A stretch of 64,000 bases of DNA from positions 96,001 through 160,000 of the IMG/VR virus record IMGVR_UViG_3300025288_000012. The stretch is one strand, 5' to 3'. Source of the stretch: a virus. The translations under genes and the position numbers were made by a program. Of this stretch, positions 8,639 through 17,416 are shown piece after piece. The first letter of the stretch is position 1, and each line of letters starts with the position of its first letter. A model generated the notes under the pieces. It did no database searches. It saw nothing but the letters and a program-made list of their open reading frames with translations, and was not told the DNA's origin.

Positions 8639-11209
8639 ATGGCAACCAGATCATCTTACAACGAAGATTCAATTCAGCATCACAAGGGTCTTGAAGGCTG
8701 CCGTAAAAGGCCTGGGATGTATCTCGGTGAACGTGGTGACCACATGGTGTTCACCTTAGTCAAAGAGCTAGTTGATAACTCCTTCGATGAATTCCTTGCC
8801 AAACGCAACTCGGCAATTGAAGTCTGGGCAGACTCTGCAAGCAACACCTATATCGTGGCTGACTCCGCCGAAGGTATCCCTGTAGGTTTGCACAAGAAGG
8901 CTGGCATCAGCACGCTGACGCTGATCTTCACTGAGCTTCATGCTGGTGGTAAGTTCAACAACTCAGCATACACAGCTTCGAGTGGATGTTTCACTGGTGA
9001 CACCCGTGTATTTACCTTAGATGGAATGCACCCCAGCTTTGAGAAGCTATGGGAAAAATGGAAGCATGATCCAACTCCCTTTTATGTTTTGAGCCGTGAT
9101 GATGAAGGGAGATTGGTACCGCGAAAATGCTACCACGTACAAAAATCTAAGATCGTAAATGAGATTGCCCGGGTTCATTTGTCCTCTGGTGCTGTTATCT
9201 CGTGTACCTTAGATCACCCCTTCTATCTAAGTGACGGCTCAGTTGTTCAGGCTAAAAACTTAAGTAAGCATGAGAGTCTGGACTCTCTTCACTGGGAGTA
9301 CGACTCTGATGGGTACATAGTATCAAATAGGTTCAGACAGAATTTTGGTGTAAGAAATTTGCACCGGGTTGTAGCTAAGACTATTCTGGGTGCACAAGTC
9401 GAAGGTCTTCATGTTCATCATAAAGACGAAGTTGTGGATAACAATGTTCCTTCAAACCTGAAGCCACTATCACCACACGACCACTACAAGGAGCACCCCG
9501 AAAAACTTGGTCTAGGATGCAGCACTTCTGCTGCTACTAAGAACGCAGTTGCATTTAATGATACGGTAGACAAAGTTGTTATAGAAAGAGTGGACCCTAC
9601 ACCCGTGTACGGAATTTCAGTTGAGGATTTCCACAACTACGTATTGTTTGAGGGCCCTGTTGTAGGGAACACTCACGGTGTAGGATCGTCAGCAGTCAAT
9701 GCTGTGTGCTCGAAGTTTGAAGTGTGGACTTATCGGGATAAGGCGTGGCATCATCAGGCATTCAGTGAGGGCAAGCCACTGTTTGCAGTGAAGAAAAGTC
9801 CTCCTCCTTCATCTGTAACCTCAAAGCTCCGAACCTGCGGAAAGCTGGGCACGATCATTCGTATCCAGCCTGACCAGTCTATTGTATCCGTAAACAAAGG
9901 CAAGACAAAGGCGGTACTACCACTTAGTGCTACCGCATTGCGCTTGAAGAACTTGGCCTTCTTGAATCGCAACCTGAAGATCACCTTCACTGCAGGAAAG
10001 AAGACTGCAACCTACCTCAACAACGAAGGCATCGTAAAGGTTGTCAAGTCGCGGGTCGCTAAGCAGGAACTTGAGCCACTGGGCAAGCCTTTGGTATTTG
10101 AGAGCGACCAATTGCAGTTCGCCCTTCAATGGACATCGTACACTGAAGACGACGGAATGCAATCCTTCGTTTCGTGTAGCCCGACTCGTGACGGTGGTTC
10201 ACATCAGGATGAATTCTTTGAGGCACTAATAAAGACTCTTGCGGTGTACAAGACGTCTAGGGACAAGTACACGCCTAGGGATGTGCGTAACGGATTGATA
10301 GGGTGCCTGAACTGGAACATGAGCGGTCCTGAATTCTCCTCCCAGGTAAAGGATCGCCTTACGTCAAACCTGAACAAGGGGCTGTTCACTATTGCCTTCA
10401 AAGAGCTAACTGCCTTGTTCGCAGCTAACAAGACACTAGCAAAGCGCATCATCAAACGTGCATCTGAGGCCAAGAAGGCTAAAGAAGAGTTCAAGAAGGT
10501 CATGGACGGCATCAGTAAGGTCAATGCAGCTAAGCGCGGGATCATTCTCCCTAACATCTTGGCAACAGCACGTCGATGCAAACCTTCGGAGCGGGAACTT
10601 TTTCTGGTAGAAGGGGAAAGCGCCAGCGGCACCGCCAAACGGGCACGTAACATCAACTTCCAGGAAGTGCTCCGACTCAATGGTAAGCCTATGAACGCCA
10701 TGCGTAAGCCATTGGCTGCGTTGCTGAAGTCGAAGGCAATTGTAAATATATTGGCGGCCATCGGTTACGATCACAGGCAAGCTGAGCCGCACAAGCACCT
10801 TCGGGTTGAGCGCTTGTACTGCCTAGCCGACGCGGACCCAGATGGTGAGCACATCAACGCTCTTATCCTCACCGTCATTCACAGGTTGTTGCCTCAGCTG
10901 TTTGTCGAGGGACGCGTATTCATCTGTAACGCACCGTTGTTCAGCGCCTATTATAAGGGCCAGCGATATTTCGGTAAGACCCACCAAGAATGCCACCTCC
11001 AGATGCCAAAGGGTACTCCTAAGGATATTGTCACCCGTAGTAAAGGCTGGGGAGAATTGCCGCCGGAAGTGCTGGAGATAATTGCTTTTCACCCAGAGAC
11101 ACGAAACGTCATTAAGCTCAGTCCTCCCAAGGACAAAAAAGAGCAAGCGTTTTACGACCTCATTATGGGTTCGGACACGTCGGGGCGTAAAGCCTTGTTG
11201 GGACTTTGA
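8639..11209 (+). CDS. gyrB: type IIA DNA topoisomerase subunit B (GyrB/ParE-like) containing one intein
   Basis: RKRPGMY, ELVDNSFDE, LHAGGKF, SSG|HGVGSSAVNA, Toprim LFLVEGESA and DADPDGEHI, and KGWGE. About 628 aa after splicing. Confidence 0.92.
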   Translation: MATRSSYNEDSIQHHKGLEGCRKRPGMYLGERGDHMVFTLVKELVDNSFDEFLAKRNSAIEVWADSASNTYIVADSAEGIPVGLHKKAGISTLTLIFTELHAGGKFNNSAYTASSGCFTGDTRVFTLDGMHPSFEKLWEKWKHDPTPFYVLSRDDEGRLVPRKCYHVQKSKIVNEIARVHLSSGAVISCTLDHPFYLSDGSVVQAKNLSKHESLDSLHWEYDSDGYIVSNRFRQNFGVRNLHRVVAKTILGAQVEGLHVHHKDEVVDNNVPSNLKPLSPHDHYKEHPEKLGLGCSTSAATKNAVAFNDTVDKVVIERVDPTPVYGISVEDFHNYVLFEGPVVGNTHGVGSSAVNAVCSKFEVWTYRDKAWHHQAFSEGKPLFAVKKSPPPSSVTSKLRTCGKLGTIIRIQPDQSIVSVNKGKTKAVLPLSATALRLKNLAFLNRNLKITFTAGKKTATYLNNEGIVKVVKSRVAKQELEPLGKPLVFESDQLQFALQWTSYTEDDGMQSFVSCSPTRDGGSHQDEFFEALIKTLAVYKTSRDKYTPRDVRNGLIGCLNWNMSGPEFSSQVKDRLTSNLNKGLFTIAFKELTALFAANKTLAKRIIKRASEAKKAKEEFKKVMDGISKVNAAKRGIILPNILATARRCKPSERELFLVEGESASGTAKRARNINFQEVLRLNGKPMNAMRKPLAALLKSKAIVNILAAIGYDHRQAEPHKHLRVERLYCLADADPDGEHINALILTVIHRLLPQLFVEGRVFICNAPLFSAYYKGQRYFGKTHQECHLQMPKGTPKDIVTRSKGWGELPPEVLEIIAFHPETRNVIKLSPPKDKKEQAFYDLIMGSDTSGRKALLGL
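8987..9670 (+). mobile_element. intein with HNH homing endonuclease (228 aa) in GyrB
   Basis: Starts CFTGDT, has block B CTLDHPF and HNH region HRVVA...VHHKDEVVDNNVPSNL, and ends HNYVLFEGPVVGN followed by +1 Thr. Confidence 0.88.
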
Positions 11210-11232
11210 ACTTCTAACTTTTGGAAACGAAC

Positions 11233-12774
11233 ATGGCAACAAGAACTAAGAAGGTTGCAGGTGTAACAGTTGCGAAGTCTGATGCCTTAGGCATTACACT
11301 TCATCAGACAACTGCTCACTACACGTCAGCCGCAATGAAAAGCTACGGTACAGAAGTAGTCGAGCAACGTGCTATCCCAGATTTTAGGGACGGTTGTAAG
11401 CCCGTACAGCGCATGCTACTGTGGGCCATGTACAAGCTTGGTATACACCACACCTCCGGCTACAAGAAGGCAGCTCGTACAGTCGGTGAGGTCATAGGCA
11501 AGTACCATCCCCACGGAGATGCCAGTGCGTTTCAAGCAATGGTAGGATTAACAGGAACAAAATTCCAAGGTCAAAAGGCTGGATGGGCTACTCGCAATTG
11601 CTCTACCCCTTTGATAGAGGGCCAGGGTAACTGGGGTGACTTCATTGATGCAGCGGCCGCCATGCGCTATGTGGAATGCCGTCTATCAAAGTTCAGTTAC
11701 CTGTATTTATTGGATCCAGACTACTTGGCCGTCATGGACTACGTACCTAACTACGACGACTCCGAAAAAATCCCAGTAGTCTTGCCCGCCAAGATACCCG
11801 TGGTGCTGTTAAATGGCTTCAGCTCTATCGCAGTTGGTGTGGCCGCAGGTTCACCGCCTTTGGCCTTCGAAGGGGTTCTGAAGCTTACAAAAAAGGCGCT
11901 CACTGGCGAGCCTGTCACGTTGAAAGACTGCGTACGCAATCTGAAGTTTGACTATCCTTACGGTGGTGTTTGCCTTACTGAACCCCGTGACCTCGTTCCT
12001 GTGTTCAAAGGCAAGGGCAGTGCATCGTTCATGCCAGCTTACGATCTCGACGAAGCGAAGAAGACATTGACCTTCGTGGACGTGTGTCCAGGTTTAATGA
12101 GCTCCGGTTCAGTCAGCAATTGGCTTGAGAAGATGGTAAGTCTTAAGACAGTATCTACTGTAGATGACGATACTGGAAAGCTAGGTGCTCGTTACACTGT
12201 AGTGTTCAATCGCTCCTTGTCTGGATCAGCTCTAGATGCTGCCATTGACGAATGCCTTGATCTCTCGGTTCGATCGGACTCCTACGACATTGGTGTGACC
12301 ATAAGGGACACCGTGGGCAGAGCCTCATTCCGTCGTGCGTCCATACCCGACGTGTTCAATATGTGGGCAGAGTGGCGCATTCAGGTTGAAGTGAAAGTCC
12401 TGGACAGGCTGATTTCTATCCAGGATCAGCTGAAGGCGCGACAAGAGCTATTGTTGCTGGCTGTTGAGAACCTGGACACGATCATCAAAGCCTTGAGGGT
12501 CAAGCAAGACAAAGTAGTTCTCCTGATAGGTGGTGTTGAGAAAGAGGTTGATGCAAGTGCACACTTCCTTATGAAGGCACTTAAGATCACACTGGAGCAG
12601 GCCAACTCGATCTTGGACATGAAGGTTCGTCAGTTGAGAAGCATGGAGAAGAGCCGCATACTGGCAAAGATAAAAGAGCACAATCTCAGCATCAAGTCTT
12701 TGAAGGCCTATCTAAGGGCACCCCACACCCGTGTCATTGAAGACCTCGACAACCTTCAGAAAATTGAGTTCTAA
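11233..12774 (+). CDS. gyrA: type IIA DNA topoisomerase subunit A (GyrA/ParC-like), without a C-terminal pinwheel domain
   Basis: RAIPDFRDGCKPVQR, GKYHPHGD, GQGNWG, catalytic AAAMRY and P..LLNG. About 513 aa. Confidence 0.92.
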   Translation: MATRTKKVAGVTVAKSDALGITLHQTTAHYTSAAMKSYGTEVVEQRAIPDFRDGCKPVQRMLLWAMYKLGIHHTSGYKKAARTVGEVIGKYHPHGDASAFQAMVGLTGTKFQGQKAGWATRNCSTPLIEGQGNWGDFIDAAAAMRYVECRLSKFSYLYLLDPDYLAVMDYVPNYDDSEKIPVVLPAKIPVVLLNGFSSIAVGVAAGSPPLAFEGVLKLTKKALTGEPVTLKDCVRNLKFDYPYGGVCLTEPRDLVPVFKGKGSASFMPAYDLDEAKKTLTFVDVCPGLMSSGSVSNWLEKMVSLKTVSTVDDDTGKLGARYTVVFNRSLSGSALDAAIDECLDLSVRSDSYDIGVTIRDTVGRASFRRASIPDVFNMWAEWRIQVEVKVLDRLISIQDQLKARQELLLLAVENLDTIIKALRVKQDKVVLLIGGVEKEVDASAHFLMKALKITLEQANSILDMKVRQLRSMEKSRILAKIKEHNLSIKSLKAYLRAPHTRVIEDLDNLQKIEF

Positions 12775-12785
12775 GGAGAGACGAA

Positions 12786-13175
12786 GTGAATGGAACTGCG
12801 CTAGACAGAGCTTTTGAGAACCTCGAACATGCTCTGAGGGAATTGGGTAAGGCGACATGCTCTGAGGACTTGGGTTTCGTGCATGTGGAAGACTGGTTGG
12901 ACCAGTTCAATCCTGCCAAGCAGCCGAGTGATGAGGAGGCCTACGCCAGATTCGTCCTGGAGCTCCTCCGCTTTCCTTCCTGGAAACAGATCTTGTACAA
13001 GTCCATTATTAAGTCGTTTCCTTTGTTCTGCACCTATGACGGTACCTTGTACCGCGTAACTGGTGCTTCAAGGATGGGTGATGTGTGGTTGAACTACCCT
13101 GATAAGGTGGATTCCTACGTACTTCGTGTGCCTGTTACAGGGTGTTCATCCTGGCGCAAGATTTCAAACCCGTAA
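12786..13175 (+). CDS. hypothetical protein
   Basis: AAGGAG RBS before GTG 12786. Confidence 0.65.
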   Translation: MNGTALDRAFENLEHALRELGKATCSEDLGFVHVEDWLDQFNPAKQPSDEEAYARFVLELLRFPSWKQILYKSIIKSFPLFCTYDGTLYRVTGASRMGDVWLNYPDKVDSYVLRVPVTGCSSWRKISNP

Positions 13176-13205
13176 ATAGGCGTCGCATATTGTTGATTTT
13201 GTTGA

Positions 13206-13234
13206 TTGTATGAACCTCCGTTTTATGATACAAT
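13206..13234 (+). promoter_or_regulatory. sigma70-like promoter
   Basis: TTGTAT, 17 bp, TACAAT. The spacer (ACCTCCGTTTT) resembles that of the 1969 promoter (ACCTCGGTTTT). Confidence 0.65.
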
Positions 13235-13379
13235 TGTATCAGCGAACGAAATGCCCCATCCTTAAATGATAATTTTAAGAGTCAGTTATCCCCCTGACTC
13301 TTACCCAAATGGAACTTCGGTTCCATCAAACCAGCACTTACTTGCCAGGTAGGTGTTCAAACATGCCGAGGAGTTCACA

Positions 13380-14741
13380 ATGAGCAAAACAGTAGTTGAC
13401 CGTATGGCCGAGTTGATACGGTCAACTGGAACTACCCTTGAGACTTGTTCTACCACGAAGAGCGCAAAACTCATACTGGAGTCACTATCAGGCGCACAAG
13501 TGGTACTTGCAAGCTCCTTGCAGCAGATACCCCCTAGATCCCGATCTTTCACCCCGGTAAAAAAGGCTCTCATTGCACTGTCGAACGCAGTTGAGGGCCT
13601 TCACACGGGTATGGAAAATCGGGATTTGTCTTTGTCCGAGTTCAGGAATTTAATCAGGCTGGTGCAGGATAGATTTCTTGCTGACGCCTCTGATGCGCTT
13701 AGCCGCATAGTCCTTACCGACGAGCCTAAAACTCCCGATACCTCTAGAAAGCTCGTAATACGAGCGTCTGACTTTAAGACTGCACTAAAGACAGTCAAGA
13801 GTGAACTTAATGCCTTCTTCAAAGGCAAAGAGGAAGAAGAAAATCCGGTGTTGACCGAAATGCACCGGAGCGAAACTGCTTATAGGACGCGAGAAGAAAA
13901 AGAAGATGCGAACCTTAAAGCCCGGCTGGAGCATGTGGCATCACTGAAGACGAGGCTCCCGCTGAAACTTACCGGCGCGTATCAGCTGCTACGATTACCT
14001 ATCGTTCCAATCTTCAACTCAAGCATCCTGTCCGGAAAGAAACCAACGGGTCGTTCATCGCTGGTACGGAATTTCTCAAATCCCAAGCTCTTGGAGAGCT
14101 TAGGCATAAAGCACATACTAGTGCAGGACTATCTCATTCTTGAAGAACAGTTTGTCCTTGCAATCAAAATGAAGGACGTTGCTGAGTTTCAGAAAGACGT
14201 TGCGGAGCAAGAGGCAGCCAATATAAAACTTGAACTGCAAAAGTTCAAGCAATACGAAAAGCAGCGTGAGCAAACAGCCTTGCGTCTGCAAGACAGTAGA
14301 GATGCTGCTGCTGCGTTGAAAGCTAAGGAAGCAAAGGTTGAGGCCGAACGTAGGAAACAGTTCTTAGCTTTCAAGAGAGCAAATCCTGAAGCACCCATAC
14401 CCAAGAACTTGCAACCTAAGCCAAACAAGCCTGAAGATCTTAACAAGCAGATCTTCAGAGCATTGGTCGACTCCAGGAAAGTTGGTGAGACCAATGTGGT
14501 GAATGCCCCGAAAAAGCCAAATAATATCCATTCGGTGGTTCGTCCTGTGGACTTTGCAAAGTCCATTCTGGAGGTCGTCAACGAGAAAGCACCTTCCAAG
14601 TACGCTCTGGTCACAGATCAAGTACTAGTAAATCCCCGTAATGCCGATATATTGTTCTTCTGGATCATTCCTCGAAAGACCTTGTCAGCCCTTATCTCTA
14701 AGGGTTGGTCTAAGGTTGTGCAGTGGGGATTCCCCTGGTAA
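13380..14741 (+). CDS. hypothetical protein with central charged coiled coil
   Basis: GAGGAG RBS before ATG 13380. Long ORF. Confidence 0.75.
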   Translation: MSKTVVDRMAELIRSTGTTLETCSTTKSAKLILESLSGAQVVLASSLQQIPPRSRSFTPVKKALIALSNAVEGLHTGMENRDLSLSEFRNLIRLVQDRFLADASDALSRIVLTDEPKTPDTSRKLVIRASDFKTALKTVKSELNAFFKGKEEEENPVLTEMHRSETAYRTREEKEDANLKARLEHVASLKTRLPLKLTGAYQLLRLPIVPIFNSSILSGKKPTGRSSLVRNFSNPKLLESLGIKHILVQDYLILEEQFVLAIKMKDVAEFQKDVAEQEAANIKLELQKFKQYEKQREQTALRLQDSRDAAAALKAKEAKVEAERRKQFLAFKRANPEAPIPKNLQPKPNKPEDLNKQIFRALVDSRKVGETNVVNAPKKPNNIHSVVRPVDFAKSILEVVNEKAPSKYALVTDQVLVNPRNADILFFWIIPRKTLSALISKGWSKVVQWGFPW

Positions 14742-14747
14742 CATAGC

Positions 14748-15248
14748 ATGGCTCATCACTGCGCTATATGCGAGGCTAGATCCAGCGTTATTAACTGGCA
14801 CCACACTGTTCCTCAAAGTCGAGGCGGTGAGAACAGCAAGCAGATACCATTGTGTGCTACGTGTCACTCACAGCTTCATGCTAATGCGGTAGCTTTAGTT
14901 GCACGAATAAAAGGTTCAAAGAAACATCTAGTAGAATTTTGGTCCACTGTTGAGTCACGCAAAAGAGCTCAACCCTGGTTAGAGATTCTAGTTAGCTCCT
15001 TGTTAGTCCCACCTTCTGACAACGAAAGGAAACATCTATTATCATGTAAGCTCAGCACAGAGGTTTTTGAAGAGTTTAAGTTGTTACAGTTTGACCAAGG
15101 TTTGTCGTCCCAGGAAAAAACGGTGGAGTTTTGTATCAACTCCACAATACATGCTAAAGGACTAAGAGATGCCAGAATCAAAAAAGAACATGATGGGTCT
15201 TCTCCAATGTGGATCGTGCACGTTCAGAGAACGCGAAAAGATATTTGA
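14748..15248 (+). CDS. HNH endonuclease-domain protein with possible C-terminal ribbon-helix-helix
   Basis: CAIC...WHHTVPQSRGGENS...LCATCH matches the HNH pattern with a CxxC pair. Confidence 0.75.
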   Translation: MAHHCAICEARSSVINWHHTVPQSRGGENSKQIPLCATCHSQLHANAVALVARIKGSKKHLVEFWSTVESRKRAQPWLEILVSSLLVPPSDNERKHLLSCKLSTEVFEEFKLLQFDQGLSSQEKTVEFCINSTIHAKGLRDARIKKEHDGSSPMWIVHVQRTRKDI

Positions 15249-15903
15249 GAAGCGTTGTGCGGATTTAGGAAAGTTGCCCTCAGCACGAGCTTGCAGCTCA
15301 CACACCTCCGATGCTTTCTCCCTTATTAACTCCACTCATGATCGGAGTGCTCTTGAGAACTTGATGGGGATAATTAGCAACTACGGTGTTAACGAGCTTA
15401 ACGCACTAGCCTCTCTGTTGCTAAAGGAGAAGCAGACTAGGAAGTTCGGCTACCACTTCTACCAGAAGGTTTATGTACGGCTACAAGGACAGGTTAAGAA
15501 CAACTACTTCAGCAACTTCGTCGTAGGTCATATCCTTGACGCAACTAAAGAGAACGTCCGGATCGTTGGCTTCAATGGTAAGAACGTCGTTTGTGTGTAC
15601 GCAATAAATGAGCAAGCCAGCAGTACATACTACACGCTTGACCGTTTCATGCCTATTCGTGATGCAATGGTTGACGCTAAACACTACCTGGATCCAGAAT
15701 TTGGAACACCTACAACTCGTGGTCGCCTAGTCAGTCTAGCTGCTCCTGAGGTATCACTCCTTATTGACCATTCCCCTCATGCCAAACGCAGGCTGAAGAG
15801 GGCTCCCAAAGATGATTTGGTTTCGTTAGTAAGTCGTATGGCAAAAGGAGTAGTACGCGCCAAGCGTGCTTTCGATGACGACCGCGAAATAAAAATCATC
15901 TGA
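15169..15903 (+). CDS. hypothetical protein with N-terminal Cys cluster
   Basis: CGSC...C...AC near the N-terminus. Start may be ATG 15190. Confidence 0.65.
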   Translation: MPESKKNMMGLLQCGSCTFREREKIFEKRCADLGKLPSARACSSHTSDAFSLINSTHDRSALENLMGIISNYGVNELNALASLLLKEKQTRKFGYHFYQKVYVRLQGQVKNNYFSNFVVGHILDATKENVRIVGFNGKNVVCVYAINEQASSTYYTLDRFMPIRDAMVDAKHYLDPEFGTPTTRGRLVSLAAPEVSLLIDHSPHAKRRLKRAPKDDLVSLVSRMAKGVVRAKRAFDDDREIKII

Positions 15904-15910
15904 GGGCCAC

Positions 15911-17029
15911 ATGAATCTTACAACCTTAATATGCGAAAAGTTTGACACTACTCGTAGAACAAACTTGTACAGGACCATTTTCAGCTACTCCATCTCTTAT
16001 TTGTCAGGAGGTTATTCAGCCTTTGAATTTCAGGCTTTGATAAAGCCATTCTGCATAAGCGACTCGGCCAAGGTATTCAGGCTGACACTGTTGAAGCATA
16101 AGCGCATACACTTTGGTCTGAAGTTGGTGCTGCTTAGACTGAGTCTGTTGAGAGTACCAACTAAGTATGAGCTCAGGACAATAACGTCAGAGGTTGACGT
16201 GGACAAGATCGATGCGGCTCAGGCGTATGAGGTTTGGAACTCCCAGCCAGCCTTCCGACGACGGCTGTACAAGGAAGCCAGGCGTATGAACAGGGTTCGC
16301 CCTTTATCTGAGGAGGTTGCTGTTGAGGTATTCAATCGAGTGTACCCTCAGATTCTGTCGTACATAAAGTTCATATCCTACAGTAAGCTGAGGTTTGTTG
16401 CGAAGTCAAGCAACTGTGAACTTGGAGACCTGCACAGTGAGCTAACGCTGAAGGTTGCACAGGCATTCTATAAGCTTCTTCCAAGTGACAAGACTGAGTC
16501 CTATATAACCAACTACTTGAAACGAGTTGTCCACAACCATGCGATGAACATCATCCAGTCTAACACTACGAAACGTTCAGGCAGACTTGTCAACCTGGGT
16601 GTTGATTGCAACGATACTCCTATATTCTCACTTGTAGTTGCATCCGAGAACCAACTGAATGTGTCCTCCGTTGGTGATGAACAGGTTTCGTATGAGCATC
16701 TTGGCTCAGACAATCAGATGGAGAAGTTTGAACTCAGCTTCTCCGTTGTGCAGCTGTTGGACAAGTACAAGTCGCGGGAGCGTAAGTACAGGTTCCTTAT
16801 GATCTTGACGGGCATGCGGGATGAACCCTTCACGGAGTGGTTGATCCTTACGAAGAAATGCAGGCCAACGTCAACCAATGTTGAGGTGCAAATGGATACG
16901 AGTTCGGATCAATTCCTTGAGTGGTTATGTTCCTACATGCACATAGGACAATCAAAGGCCAACGTGTTTCTACTGAAAGTGAAAAAGGAGCTTGGTTTTG
17001 ACCACTCCAACAATCGAAAGTGTGCATAA
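15911..17029 (+). CDS. probable phage RNA polymerase sigma factor
   Basis: ELGDLHSELTLKVAQAFYK ... YITNYLKRVVHNHAMNIIQ resembles sigma70/ECF region 2. Assignment is by eye. Confidence 0.55.
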   Translation: MNLTTLICEKFDTTRRTNLYRTIFSYSISYLSGGYSAFEFQALIKPFCISDSAKVFRLTLLKHKRIHFGLKLVLLRLSLLRVPTKYELRTITSEVDVDKIDAAQAYEVWNSQPAFRRRLYKEARRMNRVRPLSEEVAVEVFNRVYPQILSYIKFISYSKLRFVAKSSNCELGDLHSELTLKVAQAFYKLLPSDKTESYITNYLKRVVHNHAMNIIQSNTTKRSGRLVNLGVDCNDTPIFSLVVASENQLNVSSVGDEQVSYEHLGSDNQMEKFELSFSVVQLLDKYKSRERKYRFLMILTGMRDEPFTEWLILTKKCRPTSTNVEVQMDTSSDQFLEWLCSYMHIGQSKANVFLLKVKKELGFDHSNNRKCA

Positions 17030-17405
17030 GACAGCACTAGTAAATACGCTGCTGTCTCCTACCTCTACACTGTACAACCAGCTGCTGCTCTTCCTTGTCT
17101 ACTCGACCATAAAGGCAAATGGACGGTTGACGTTGAATCAGCTAAGACACCTTCTATTTGGGGAGCTTCTTCTTAGCCCAATGCTTATTGATGGTGCAGT
17201 AAGTGTGTTGGCCTCAAAATCGTTGTTCAACTGTGTCAGCATGTATCAGATAGTTTCTAATCGTCCTGATGCACTACCGAACTTCCATCTTGACTTGAAA
17301 AAAAATCCGGAGTTCGACAGGTGGGTTGAGGACTTGCTGCTAGAGAACCCTGCGTTCGGTTCTTTCACACCGCCTCTGTACACCAGACGAACCAAGACTT
17401 CCTAA
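16992..17405 (+). CDS. hypothetical protein
   Basis: Fills the gap between the sigma-like gene and dnaB. Start may be GTG 17022. Confidence 0.6.
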   Translation: MVLTTPTIESVHKTALVNTLLSPTSTLYNQLLLFLVYSTIKANGRLTLNQLRHLLFGELLLSPMLIDGAVSVLASKSLFNCVSMYQIVSNRPDALPNFHLDLKKNPEFDRWVEDLLLENPAFGSFTPPLYTRRTKTS

Positions 17406-17416
17406 GAGGCACCAAA

